Made by a program: the position numbers and the translations under genes
Virus record (IMG/VR): IMGVR_UViG_3300027971_000057
Coordinates: 1 to 63,368 of that record
DNA length: 63,368 nucleotides
Reading direction: 5' to 3' (one strand)
Origin: a virus
Taxonomy: Duplodnaviria; Caudoviricetes
Shown here: positions 9,726 through 18,002 of the stretch, piece after piece
How positions within the stretch are numbered: position 1 is the first letter of the stretch
Layout of the letters: every line of letters starts with the position of its first letter
Notes under the pieces: generated by a model
Database searches by the model: none
The model's input: only the letters and a program-made list of their open reading frames with translations
Told to the model about the DNA's origin: nothing

Positions 9726-11267
9726 TCAATAGTATGCGGCTTGTCTGCGCCTAAAGAATTTCGGTTCGTCTTTTTCGTCTGAGTCCAGTGGAACAAGCCC
9801 ACCTTGGCGAAAGCGCAGGAGTGCTTGGGTGGCAGTATCGACGTAGTCGTCGTGTTCGCCAACGGGAAAAGACGCTATTTCCTCGATAACCTCGCGTGCC
9901 CAGCGTGTATCAGGAGCCCAGACTTTACCCGAAGTGAACAGATCGGATACGGCGTTCATACGAACCATCTTATCGTTGCCCCGGCTAGGCGAGAACTCAC
10001 TGACCGGAACCCCGATACTGCGTAGCTCTTGTATTAGTGGTGCGCCAGCGGCTTTCTTTTCAATCAAACAAGCGTCAGGTTCCCATTCCTTGTAGTGCTT
10101 TAGGGCAACTTGCTTCAATTCAGGAAACGCCATGCGATCTTTGAACGCATCGAGCAGGATGATCTGCGGAGCGTTATTTTCTTCCTCGTTGTAGAACACA
10201 CCCCACGTTGTGCAGGCGGAATAGTCCGAGGTTGTCTTGGTCTCGAACGCCGTATCCCACGACTGAATGACGTATTCGCACTTGGGCGGGTCTTCCCCGG
10301 GCCATATGCGCCAGAACTTCCGGGAAATGATGGCAGAGGTGTCGCTGGTGGGCTGCTGCATATACTGGGCGTTCCAGTATCGCGGGTCCATGTTGGCTTT
10401 TTTGTTCTTAAGCTGGTCGAGCGGCCATTGTTCAGGCCACAGCGACTTCTCCTCTGGGGTATCTTCGTCCAGAATGGCGGGAAGCTCGACAATCTCCCAC
10501 TGATCGGCGTTGGGGTTCTTGGTCTGGTAGTCGATCAAGCGCCCAGTCAGGTCAAGCAGCGACCAGCGCGTCATGATGACAATGATTGCCCCTCCGGGCA
10601 TCAGTCGTTGGAGCGGTCCCGTCTGAAACCACGACCATGCCGTATCAAAAGCCAGACGCGAGTTAGCCTTAACGTCCTGCTCCGAATGCGGATCGTCGAT
10701 GACAAATAGGTCAGCACCTCGGCCAGCGAGAGCGCCACCAACGCCAGCAGCATAATACTGGCCCCCAGCAGCAGTTGACCACTTACCAGCAGCCTTCTGG
10801 TCATCAGCGACAATTGTCTGAGGAAAGATCTCATGATACTCGTCCCCATCGATGAGGTTTCGGATGCGTCGGCCATAGTCTTCTGACAGGGACGCGGTGT
10901 GCGTGCCCATGATGATCTTCTTATCTGGGTATTTTCCTAGAAAGTAGGCAGGGAAAAGGTAGGAAGAGAACTCAGACTTACCCATACGCGGCGCGATGTT
11001 GATGATCACGCGCTTTTTCTTACCCTCAATCACATCGGTGAAGATCTTGGCGAGCTTCTTGTGGTGAGCGCCGATCTTGAACCCCGGGTATACAGCCGAG
11101 GCAAACCCCAGCATGGAGTGCTTGGCCGCAGTAAGTCGTGCGCGAGTCTCACGAATCTCCAAGTCCTCGAACAACTCCATCTTGTCTTTGAGCGACATGG
11201 AGGGGAGCGCTTTCATCAGCGCTTCAAGTTCCCGCTTACTAAGGGTAGTAAGAGAACTGAGGTTCAT
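9726..11267 (-). CDS. terL: terminase large subunit
   Basis: Walker A IAPRMGKS, Walker B FVIDDP, motif III MTRW, nuclease QSWDTA...HDDYVD. Confidence 0.95.
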   Translation of the reverse strand: MNLSSLTTLSKRELEALMKALPSMSLKDKMELFEDLEIRETRARLTAAKHSMLGFASAVYPGFKIGAHHKKLAKIFTDVIEGKKKRVIINIAPRMGKSEFSSYLFPAYFLGKYPDKKIIMGTHTASLSEDYGRRIRNLIDGDEYHEIFPQTIVADDQKAAGKWSTAAGGQYYAAGVGGALAGRGADLFVIDDPHSEQDVKANSRLAFDTAWSWFQTGPLQRLMPGGAIIVIMTRWSLLDLTGRLIDYQTKNPNADQWEIVELPAILDEDTPEEKSLWPEQWPLDQLKNKKANMDPRYWNAQYMQQPTSDTSAIISRKFWRIWPGEDPPKCEYVIQSWDTAFETKTTSDYSACTTWGVFYNEEENNAPQIILLDAFKDRMAFPELKQVALKHYKEWEPDACLIEKKAAGAPLIQELRSIGVPVSEFSPSRGNDKMVRMNAVSDLFTSGKVWAPDTRWAREVIEEIASFPVGEHDDYVDTATQALLRFRQGGLVPLDSDEKDEPKFFRRRQAAYY

Positions 11268-11863
11268 GCGGCAGAGATCGAGTCTGGCGTGCTGTCTTCG
11301 GGGGCTTCTTCAATATCGATCACATCCACAACCTGCATGAACTTGTTGAGCTTGTCTTTAATGCGCTGCTCAAGTTCGTTGTCGGACATCTCAGCCTTTT
11401 TAATTTCAATCTTCTCAGTGAACAAGCCCACCTCGGTAACCTTGCCTAGCATCTCCAGCGCCTTGAGCCTGATACGAGCGTCGGGGTGATTGGTCTCTTC
11501 AATGATCTTGGCGACGGCCATGCCGCGCATACCCTTGGCCTGCTCGATGAATTCCCAGTCGTAGGCTGAAAGCATGGTTACCAGATGCCTCACGGCTTCT
11601 GGCGTTTTCAACTGGGTGAGCGCGGTCTTTGTTTGATCTGCCGGGGAGACGGTTGCTAGTGCTGTGAAGACTTTACGCGCCGCGTTGGCTTGCGCTTCTT
11701 CTAGTACCTTCTGGTCATCTTCAACGCCCATCGACTCCAACCAAGCAGTTGTATTGACTTGTGCGTTGAGCATCGCGTCGGGCGTGGCCTTATCCAAAGG
11801 AAGCACGGGTTTGCGTGCGACGTCGGAAATGGGCGGATTAAAGTCTACTAAGTGTTCAAGCAT
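11264..11863 (-). CDS. putative terminase small subunit
   Basis: overlaps terL start; RIRLKALEMLGK; start moved to MLEHLVDF. Confidence 0.65.
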   Translation of the reverse strand: MLEHLVDFNPPISDVARKPVLPLDKATPDAMLNAQVNTTAWLESMGVEDDQKVLEEAQANAARKVFTALATVSPADQTKTALTQLKTPEAVRHLVTMLSAYDWEFIEQAKGMRGMAVAKIIEETNHPDARIRLKALEMLGKVTEVGLFTEKIEIKKAEMSDNELEQRIKDKLNKFMQVVDVIDIEEAPEDSTPDSISAA

Positions 11864-11875
11864 ATGCGTAGGGTA

Positions 11876-11904
11876 TTGCACCTCGTTTGGGGCGAGTGTA
11901 TAGT
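11876..11904 (+). promoter_or_regulatory. sigma70-like promoter
   Basis: TTGCAC-17bp-TATAGT. Confidence 0.6.
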
Positions 11905-11910
11905 TAAATC

Positions 11911-12007
11911 TGTAGTGCTGCAAGCGCAGTGGCTTCCAGCCATTGCGATTCGCATTGCTCTCCCCTTGGTCTCACGACCTTCTGCCCGCGTATGCGGGCA
12001 TTTTTTT
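11911..12007 (+). ncRNA. candidate ~97-nt small RNA
   Basis: bounded by promoter and terminator; three hairpins; no plausible ORF. Confidence 0.5.
11983..12007 (+). terminator. intrinsic terminator
   Basis: TGCCCGC-GTAT-GCGGGCA followed by T7. Confidence 0.8.
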
Positions 12008-12016
12008 GGGTTGGTG

Positions 12017-12056
12017 TGTCTAGTGTTAGACAAAAGAGGGCTAGATTTTTTATAAT
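12017..12056 (+). promoter_or_regulatory. promoter with overlapping operator-like palindrome
   Basis: TGTCTA-GTGT-TAGACA; TAGACA-18bp-TATAAT. Confidence 0.55.
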
Positions 12057-12363
12057 ATACCCCCGGGGGGCCGTATTTTTTATAGTTTGACAAGAAATAG
12101 TATGTGCGGGTGAGGAATAGTGTTCACGTAGCATCGTCGTCGGGTCACCGAAAAGGGGATGTGGGGGGTATCTGGGGGTCGCCATCGGGTATCTCACGGG
12201 CTAAAACCGAGTATCTGCTAGGTGCTGGGCAGGGTATCGACCCCGATCAGGAAGGGGGTTTTCTACAATGAAATTGTCTCTGGTGCATAGGGCATCGGAG
12301 GCAGCAAACCAAATGAGGACAGAGTGTCCTCGAATCAACGGGCTAAGCCCAGAGGAAAACGAA

Positions 12364-12852
12364 ATGACCAAGATCAACACCACCGCCGCATTCTCCGCCC
12401 TCGACGCATTCGCTCTGGCAGGCGACACGGCACGCACCACGTTGTGCGTGTCGCTCATCGCCGCAGGCATCGTGACCCGAGAGGATGCATTGCCCGTCGT
12501 CACCGCGTGGGCCGCAGAGCGCTGCGATTGCCCGCTCGTTGACGGGCAAAAGCGGATGAAGGGCCAGATGGTTTTCGACGCTACGTCGCCGAACTATTCC
12601 AACGCCCAGAAGACCCGTGGCCGCGTCCTCGACGCATTCGCGCCAACCGAGGCCCGCGTCGAGCGTCAGGAGGCCGCAGCAGAGGCCGAGGCCAAGGCCA
12701 CCAAGGCCAAGGCCACCAAGGCCGAGAAAGCCGCTCACGCGGCCTTGCAGGAGGCTCGCAAGGCCGTCGCCGAGGCCGAGGCCGCATTCTTGGCTGCGTG
12801 CGGTGGCAACAAGCCCCGTGCGAAGGCTCTCGACAAGGCTCTGTCTGCCTGA
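12364..12852 (+). CDS. early hypothetical protein with Ala/Lys-rich tail
   Basis: GAGGA RBS after palindrome; AKATKAKATKAEK. Confidence 0.75.
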   Translation: MTKINTTAAFSALDAFALAGDTARTTLCVSLIAAGIVTREDALPVVTAWAAERCDCPLVDGQKRMKGQMVFDATSPNYSNAQKTRGRVLDAFAPTEARVERQEAAAEAEAKATKAKATKAEKAAHAALQEARKAVAEAEAAFLAACGGNKPRAKALDKALSA

Positions 12853-13023
12853 GCGTCTCGGTCTGTCCCTATTTAATCCCCTGTCAATCGCGGAGCGTGG
12901 GTCAGACATCGGGGGTCTGACCCTATTTAATTCGAGGACACGCTGTCCTCGAATCCCCTGTCAATCGTGGCAGGGGAAAACCATTCGAGGACACTTTGTC
13001 CTCGAATCAACTGGGAGAATGAG

Positions 13024-13257
13024 ATGAGCAAAAGAGTCTTTCGTGTAGTGTCCGTCCTCAACTACGAGGATCTGAACAAGTGCTTCACGTGGCGTGGCGG
13101 GCTGCAAAAGAATGCCAAGACTGTGCGGCACACCAGCCTGCGCTCGGCCTTGGAAGAGGCACGATGGGCTGCGTCTCATGAGTACACGGCGTTCGTCGTG
13201 CGGCGCAATGCTCGTGGCTGGGAAGAAGTCGCCTATTGCCCGCCCTTGGCTCGTTGA
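13024..13257 (+). CDS. early hypothetical protein
   Basis: GGGAG RBS after palindrome; 77 aa MSKRVFRV. Confidence 0.7.
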   Translation: MSKRVFRVVSVLNYEDLNKCFTWRGGLQKNAKTVRHTSLRSALEEARWAASHEYTAFVVRRNARGWEEVAYCPPLAR

Positions 13258-13348
13258 GCGTAGCCCCTTGGCCCCTGCTCGGGGTCTTGGGGGTGCGTTT
13301 GCACCATTCGAGGACAGAGTGTCCTCGAATCAACCTAAAGGAAATGAC

Positions 13349-13582
13349 ATGGCTACCACCATAAAAGAGATCCGCGACACAGTCGCCAGCATGGCCGTTG
13401 AATTCGACGCGCCCTTCCGTTTCGATGAGGGCAACACCACGTGCGGCATCACGTGGAAACTCAACTTCAACGAGATGGGGCGCGACATCCTTGTCGCGAA
13501 AACCAAGACCGCGTTCCTGCACGACATCCAGACCTACCGAGAGGGCTTGCGCGACGGGCGCAAGTGGTGGGATCGCGGCTGA
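13349..13582 (+). CDS. early hypothetical protein
   Basis: AAGGA RBS after palindrome; 77 aa MATTIKEI. Confidence 0.7.
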   Translation: MATTIKEIRDTVASMAVEFDAPFRFDEGNTTCGITWKLNFNEMGRDILVAKTKTAFLHDIQTYREGLRDGRKWWDRG

Positions 13583-13620
13583 TGTGAAGCAAACCATTCG
13601 AGGACAGAGTGTCCTCGAAT

Positions 13621-14040
13621 GGTAGGTTAGTGATCACTAACCCCATAATCTTCAAATTTTGAAGGTATCCGGGCGTATCCAATCTTTTGCACGCTCGCCA
13701 CCCCGCCAGACACGCGCAGAGCGAGCATTCATGCGGCTCCCAGCGTTTTCGGACAGACCTCTCTATATATATATATTTATTAAAGAATAGATAGATAGAT
13801 GTGTTTGTGTGTCCACCCTTTTGCCCGCGCTTTGATTGTTGCTCATCCTTTGTCTTTGTTCCTTAGGGGTGTTAGTATTTGTTTTCAGATGGATACGTAG
13901 GTGCAAAATCGCGCAGAGCAAGCATTGGCGCGGGCTCCAGCCTGTCCAGCGTGGTGGCGGCGCGGAATAGCGAACGGATACCTTGGATACTTGAAGATTA
14001 AGATCCTTACAGACTAGATCACTTGGTCTGTTTCGTGTAC
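13621..14040. other. putative replication origin
   Basis: ~420 bp without a credible ORF; AT-rich core flanked by inverted GTATCC/GGATAC boxes and other inverted motifs. Confidence 0.55.
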
Positions 14041-14130
14041 ATTCGAGGACACTCTGTCCTCGAATCGTTGAGCGTGGCGTGAGGGGCGTGCGCTCAACTT
14101 CCTCTGTTTCCCCTTGTTTTGGAGAGTGTG

Positions 14131-14907
14131 ATGAGTAAAAACGAAGTGTTGGGCTACGTGGTCTACGAAGGCCCGAGCGCTGTGGATGGCGCTCCGATTG
14201 TGGTGATCGTCAACAAAATCGAGGGCGATAGCGAGAACGACAAGACGGGCGGTCTCGTGCAGACCTTCATCATCCGTAGCGACATCCCTCCTTACGATGC
14301 GCTCAAGAGCGGGGATGACGCCTCGGTGTGCGGTGACTGCAAGCATCGCCCTGTCCTTGCCGAAGAGAGCGGCGATCCGCCGTGCTACGTCAACGTGCTG
14401 TGGTCTGTGCGTGCCGTGTACGACGCCTACAAGCGTGGCCGCTACACCAAGGTCACCCCGGCACAAGCAGGACGCCTACTCAAGGGCAAGCGCATCCGCC
14501 TCGGAACCTACGGGGATCCGGGCGCTGCACCGCTCAAGATGTGGCAAGCCCTGATCGCCTTCGCCGATGGGCACACGGGCTACACCCACCTGTGGCAGCG
14601 CTGGACGCACCACGCCACACGCAAGGCATGGCAGAAGTTGGTCATGGCAAGCGTGGACAGCGTCGGTGAGTACCTCATCGCCAAGTCTCTGGGATGGCGC
14701 ACATTCAGGGTGGCTACGGACTGGTACAAGATCGACAACGAGATCCGCTGCCCTGCATCGAAGGAGGCGGGCAACAAGACCACCTGTGCAGAGTGCATCC
14801 TGTGCGGCGGGACTACCACCCAGACCGAGAAGGACATCCTGATCATCGACCACGCTAGGGGTTTCGGCAAGCGCGTGATCCCGATACTGGCTGCTGTCGC
14901 AGCGTAA
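14131..14907 (+). CDS. Cys-rich putative metal/Fe-S protein (phage gp88-like)
   Basis: CGDC...CY, RLGTYGDP, TGYTH, CPAS...CAECILC. Confidence 0.55.
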   Translation: MSKNEVLGYVVYEGPSAVDGAPIVVIVNKIEGDSENDKTGGLVQTFIIRSDIPPYDALKSGDDASVCGDCKHRPVLAEESGDPPCYVNVLWSVRAVYDAYKRGRYTKVTPAQAGRLLKGKRIRLGTYGDPGAAPLKMWQALIAFADGHTGYTHLWQRWTHHATRKAWQKLVMASVDSVGEYLIAKSLGWRTFRVATDWYKIDNEIRCPASKEAGNKTTCAECILCGGTTTQTEKDILIIDHARGFGKRVIPILAAVAA

Positions 14908-14965
14908 TCAGTCACCAACCATTCGAGGACATTGTGTCCTCGAATCAACCCAGAGGAGAGAGAAG

Positions 14966-15172
14966 ATGAGTTTGAAACGTCTACACACATTCGCAACGCT
15001 TACTACTGATGCGCTGACCACGAAGGTATTCAAAGATACCGAATGGGGCGAGTATGTCGTCAGGCTATACCGCAACGGCATCGAGCAGGTAATGGCTAGT
15101 TACCATACCATCGACGAAGAAGACGCAGTATCTACTGCATGGGCAATGATTAACCAAGGAGAGAAAGTATGA
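14966..15172 (+). CDS. early hypothetical protein
   Basis: GAGGAG RBS after palindrome; 68 aa. Confidence 0.7.
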   Translation: MSLKRLHTFATLTTDALTTKVFKDTEWGEYVVRLYRNGIEQVMASYHTIDEEDAVSTAWAMINQGEKV

Positions 15173-15435
15173 AGAACTACATAGTGTGGGACGTACTGAC
15201 CCGCGACTGGTGGGACGGCAACGAATTCAGCAGCAAGCCACCGCTCGTGGTCGATGCGTCAACGCTGGCGGCACTACGTCAGACCTACAAGGGACGCAAG
15301 ACCCTGCTTGAGACCGAGGTGGTGTCGTTGCCGACCATCACCGAGGAAGAGTTCGAGCGACAGAAGGCAGAGAAAGAACCCACGCCCTTCATGCCGTGGA
15401 TACGCAAGTCGAAGCAACGCACCGACTGCTATTGA
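15169..15435 (+). CDS. early hypothetical protein
   Basis: AGGAG RBS, 4-nt overlap. Confidence 0.7.
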   Translation: MKNYIVWDVLTRDWWDGNEFSSKPPLVVDASTLAALRQTYKGRKTLLETEVVSLPTITEEEFERQKAEKEPTPFMPWIRKSKQRTDCY

Positions 15436-15498
15436 TAGACCGCCGCCAGTCGGTCACTGGCAACCAACCTAACGGGCAACGCCCAAGGAGAAACTGAA

Positions 15499-16116
15499 AT
15501 GGCTAAGGCACAAACTTTCGCGCAGCGCGTCAAGGCTGACACCACCACCAACGCAGGGATCCGCCACATGATGGTGATCCGTAGCGACAACATCGCCCAC
15601 CCCGAGGTGAAGCGTGTGTTCAACGCGATCCCTGCCGCGTATAAGCGGGAACGCAACTGGTGCAACAAGGCGATGGACTACGTCGGCCCCAACCAGAAGA
15701 TCTACGTGGACGCGAGCCAGCACTCATCCATCGTGAGTATCTACATCACGATCTACGATCTGGACGACCTGAAGACGGACAAGCGGCTGTCGCGCTTGCT
15801 CACCACCTTCCTCACGCCCGAGTGGGTGGCTATGCCCACGACGGACAACGCTGGCTCCGAACGCTATCGTGGGCGTACGTACACGTTCAACAAGACGACG
15901 CCTATCCACACCAAGGAGACGCACCCATCAGTCAAGTGGCTGCGTAAGAACGACAAGCAGTCATGGGATCTCGACGACCACATGAAGAAACCTCTGACCA
16001 TCCGCGTATCGGTGAGCGGCTACGTCAAGGAGGACAACACCACGTGCCGCATCGAGACGGTGGAGGTGCGCGAAGAGGTCATCAAGACCGAGGTCAAGCG
16101 GCTGGTCTGCGCCTGA
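15499..16116 (+). CDS. early hypothetical protein
   Basis: AGGAG RBS; 205 aa. Confidence 0.75.
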   Translation: MAKAQTFAQRVKADTTTNAGIRHMMVIRSDNIAHPEVKRVFNAIPAAYKRERNWCNKAMDYVGPNQKIYVDASQHSSIVSIYITIYDLDDLKTDKRLSRLLTTFLTPEWVAMPTTDNAGSERYRGRTYTFNKTTPIHTKETHPSVKWLRKNDKQSWDLDDHMKKPLTIRVSVSGYVKEDNTTCRIETVEVREEVIKTEVKRLVCA

Positions 16117-16176
16117 CGGGTGACGGACGATTCGAGGACATAGTGTCCTCGAATCAATCAACAACAGGAGAAAGCA

Positions 16177-16347
16177 ATGAAGTTTGAGATCGTAATCAGA
16201 GCGGTAGTAACCAAGGTCGCCGTCATCGAGTCGGACGACAGAGAGACCGCAATCGGCATCGCAATGGACGAGTTCACCACCGAGCACGACCCATACGACG
16301 ATGAGAAGTACGAGCAGGACGTTATCAGCATCAAGGAGATGAAATGA
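16177..16347 (+). CDS. small acidic protein (56 aa, not in ORF track)
   Basis: AGGAG RBS after palindrome; MKFEIVIRAVVTKVAVIESDDRETAIGIAMDEF... Confidence 0.7.
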   Translation: MKFEIVIRAVVTKVAVIESDDRETAIGIAMDEFTTEHDPYDDEKYEQDVISIKEMK

Positions 16348-16442
16348 AAGACAGAAACAAAACATGGGGGCATCCGATGGACTGGGTGCTGTTCGTGGGG
16401 TTCGTAGCGGTAGTCATCGCTGCGTGTATGGGTTGGATTTAA
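16344..16442 (+). CDS. small membrane peptide (32 aa)
   Basis: ATGA overlap; DWVLFVGFVAVVIAACMGWI hydrophobic stretch. Confidence 0.55.
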   Translation: MKDRNKTWGHPMDWVLFVGFVAVVIAACMGWI

Positions 16443-16456
16443 CTAGGAGAACTGAA

Positions 16457-16675
16457 ATGAAGATGTATGAACTGATCAAGCCCGGAGCACGGGTCACGGT
16501 GTTCTGTGACCCAATAACTTGCGAACGTCTGGAGGGCATAGCCAAAGTCACCTCGGTGCTGCGCGTCGAGCCTTGGCAAGATGTCCACGGACGCAACATC
16601 GTGCGCTGCAACGTGCGCTTTCCGAAAGAACGTCACGGTCTCGTGCGTGACGTTTCCACACTAGCCCCCGCATAA
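16457..16675 (+). CDS. early hypothetical protein
   Basis: AGGAGAACTGAAATG leader. Confidence 0.65.
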   Translation: MKMYELIKPGARVTVFCDPITCERLEGIAKVTSVLRVEPWQDVHGRNIVRCNVRFPKERHGLVRDVSTLAPA

Positions 16676-16686
16676 GGAGAACTGAA

Positions 16687-16887
16687 ATGCTTGTCGAACT
16701 CAACGATGACGAACTAGCGCTGATCAGCAGCGGATTGATGCAGTACGACCTTGCCCTAGCGCAGTGGCACAAGGCCAGCACCGAGGCCGACGAGGCCAAG
16801 CGGCTGGATGCGCTGATCGACAGGTCGATGGATCTGCGGCGCAAGTTGTGGAAGATCCGCCAGACGGCCAAGGCCACGCTGGTCTGA
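16687..16887 (+). CDS. early hypothetical protein
   Basis: AGGAGAACTGAAATG leader. Confidence 0.65.
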   Translation: MLVELNDDELALISSGLMQYDLALAQWHKASTEADEAKRLDALIDRSMDLRRKLWKIRQTAKATLV

Positions 16888-16965
16888 TTCCCACACCTGT
16901 GGGAGCGTGTATAATGTTAGACACCGCAGCCAGTCGGTCACTGGCACAACCCAAGGAGAAATCAA

Positions 16966-17238
16966 ATGCGGTACTACATCGGAACAGTCGCCAACTTCTT
17001 TAACGAAAGGGAATTCCACACGCCTGTTAGGTTCTGCACCACAGGCGAGCCATACGACGCGCTCCACGCCATAGCGAAAACATTCTGGGGTAAGTCAGCC
17101 ACCCCCACGAACAGCATCTACAGCGATGAGGCGTGGGACTTCGGAGACATCATCGTCGCAGGAGAAATTCATCTGGAGGTAACCAAGGAGGAGTTCGACA
17201 AGATGTTCATCTTCCCGCACCTCGGAGAAACAGTTTAA
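16966..17238 (+). CDS. early hypothetical protein
   Basis: AGGAG RBS after 58-bp cassette. Confidence 0.7.
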   Translation: MRYYIGTVANFFNEREFHTPVRFCTTGEPYDALHAIAKTFWGKSATPTNSIYSDEAWDFGDIIVAGEIHLEVTKEEFDKMFIFPHLGETV

Positions 17239-17319
17239 GCAATAAGAGGACAGTCTGTCCCCGAATCCGCCGCCAGTCGGTCTACTGGCACTTTGTTATT
17301 ACCTTTGGAGAAATGAATC

Positions 17320-17901
17320 ATGAACGCAAACACTAACATCAACGTCCTCGGCGGCATCCTCGATGCCATGCTCGCTAACTTGGTCGAGACCATCGACAAG
17401 CGTGTCGAGGCCAAGGTGTTCACCCTGACCGAGCGCATCATGGCGCTGGAGATCGACAACGCCGCGTTGCAGATCTTGTTGACCAACTCCAAGGACGCCA
17501 CGCCTGTCGTCCGCCCCACGGACGATGTGATCCTGCGTCTCGACAAGTTGGAAGAGCGCCTGTCTGGTGAGCAGCCTGACACCAAGTTCAGCCTGTCCAT
17601 TCTGGACTGCGAGGAGTTCCGCGCAGCGGTGATCAAGATCGTCAACACCCATACGATGGGCGACGAGTTCCTCAACCCACTCATCGACGCGCTCATCGAC
17701 TGCGATACCTTCAATGACAAGGTCAAGGAGATTGCATCAGGCGAAGTGGGGTCGTCAATCGAGGACGCGATGTCCGACCACTGCTCTGACTACGAGCACG
17801 ACGACATCCACGAGACGGGCGACCACGAGGTCGATGAAGATGCGGTGAAAGACATCATCAAGGAGGTGCTCAACAACTCCACCATCAGCATCAAGATCTA
17901 A
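17320..17901 (+). CDS. acidic coiled-coil early protein
   Basis: 193 aa, D/E-rich C-terminal half. Confidence 0.7.
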   Translation: MNANTNINVLGGILDAMLANLVETIDKRVEAKVFTLTERIMALEIDNAALQILLTNSKDATPVVRPTDDVILRLDKLEERLSGEQPDTKFSLSILDCEEFRAAVIKIVNTHTMGDEFLNPLIDALIDCDTFNDKVKEIASGEVGSSIEDAMSDHCSDYEHDDIHETGDHEVDEDAVKDIIKEVLNNSTISIKI

Positions 17902-18002
17902 GTGACAACCCTGCTCCCACACCTGTGGGAGCGTGTATAATGTTAGACACCGCCGCCAGTCGGACACTGGCAACTTAACGGGCAACGCCCAAGGAGATAG
18001 AA

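Larger units (their letters stand above)
12311..17266. repeat. dispersed 25-bp palindrome ATTCGAGGACA-N3-TGTCCTCGAAT, 9 copies
   Basis: perfect copies start at 12930, 12983, 13306, 13596, 14041, 14921, 16130; degenerate copies at 12311 and 17242. Confidence 0.97.
15445..17972 (+). repeat. second leader motif GCCAGT-CGG(N2-3)-ACTGGC hairpin, 4 copies; two inside 58-bp direct repeats
   Basis: 15445-15461, 16929-16945, 17272-17289, 17955-17971; 16889-16946 vs 17915-17972 differ at 2 positions. Confidence 0.95.

Noticed and set aside
12930-13007. Repeat-28 bp-repeat resembling a mini CRISPR array
   Set aside because: The other copies are separated by whole genes, the repeat centre varies, the spacer is itself a hairpin and partly a local duplicate, and no cas operon is present
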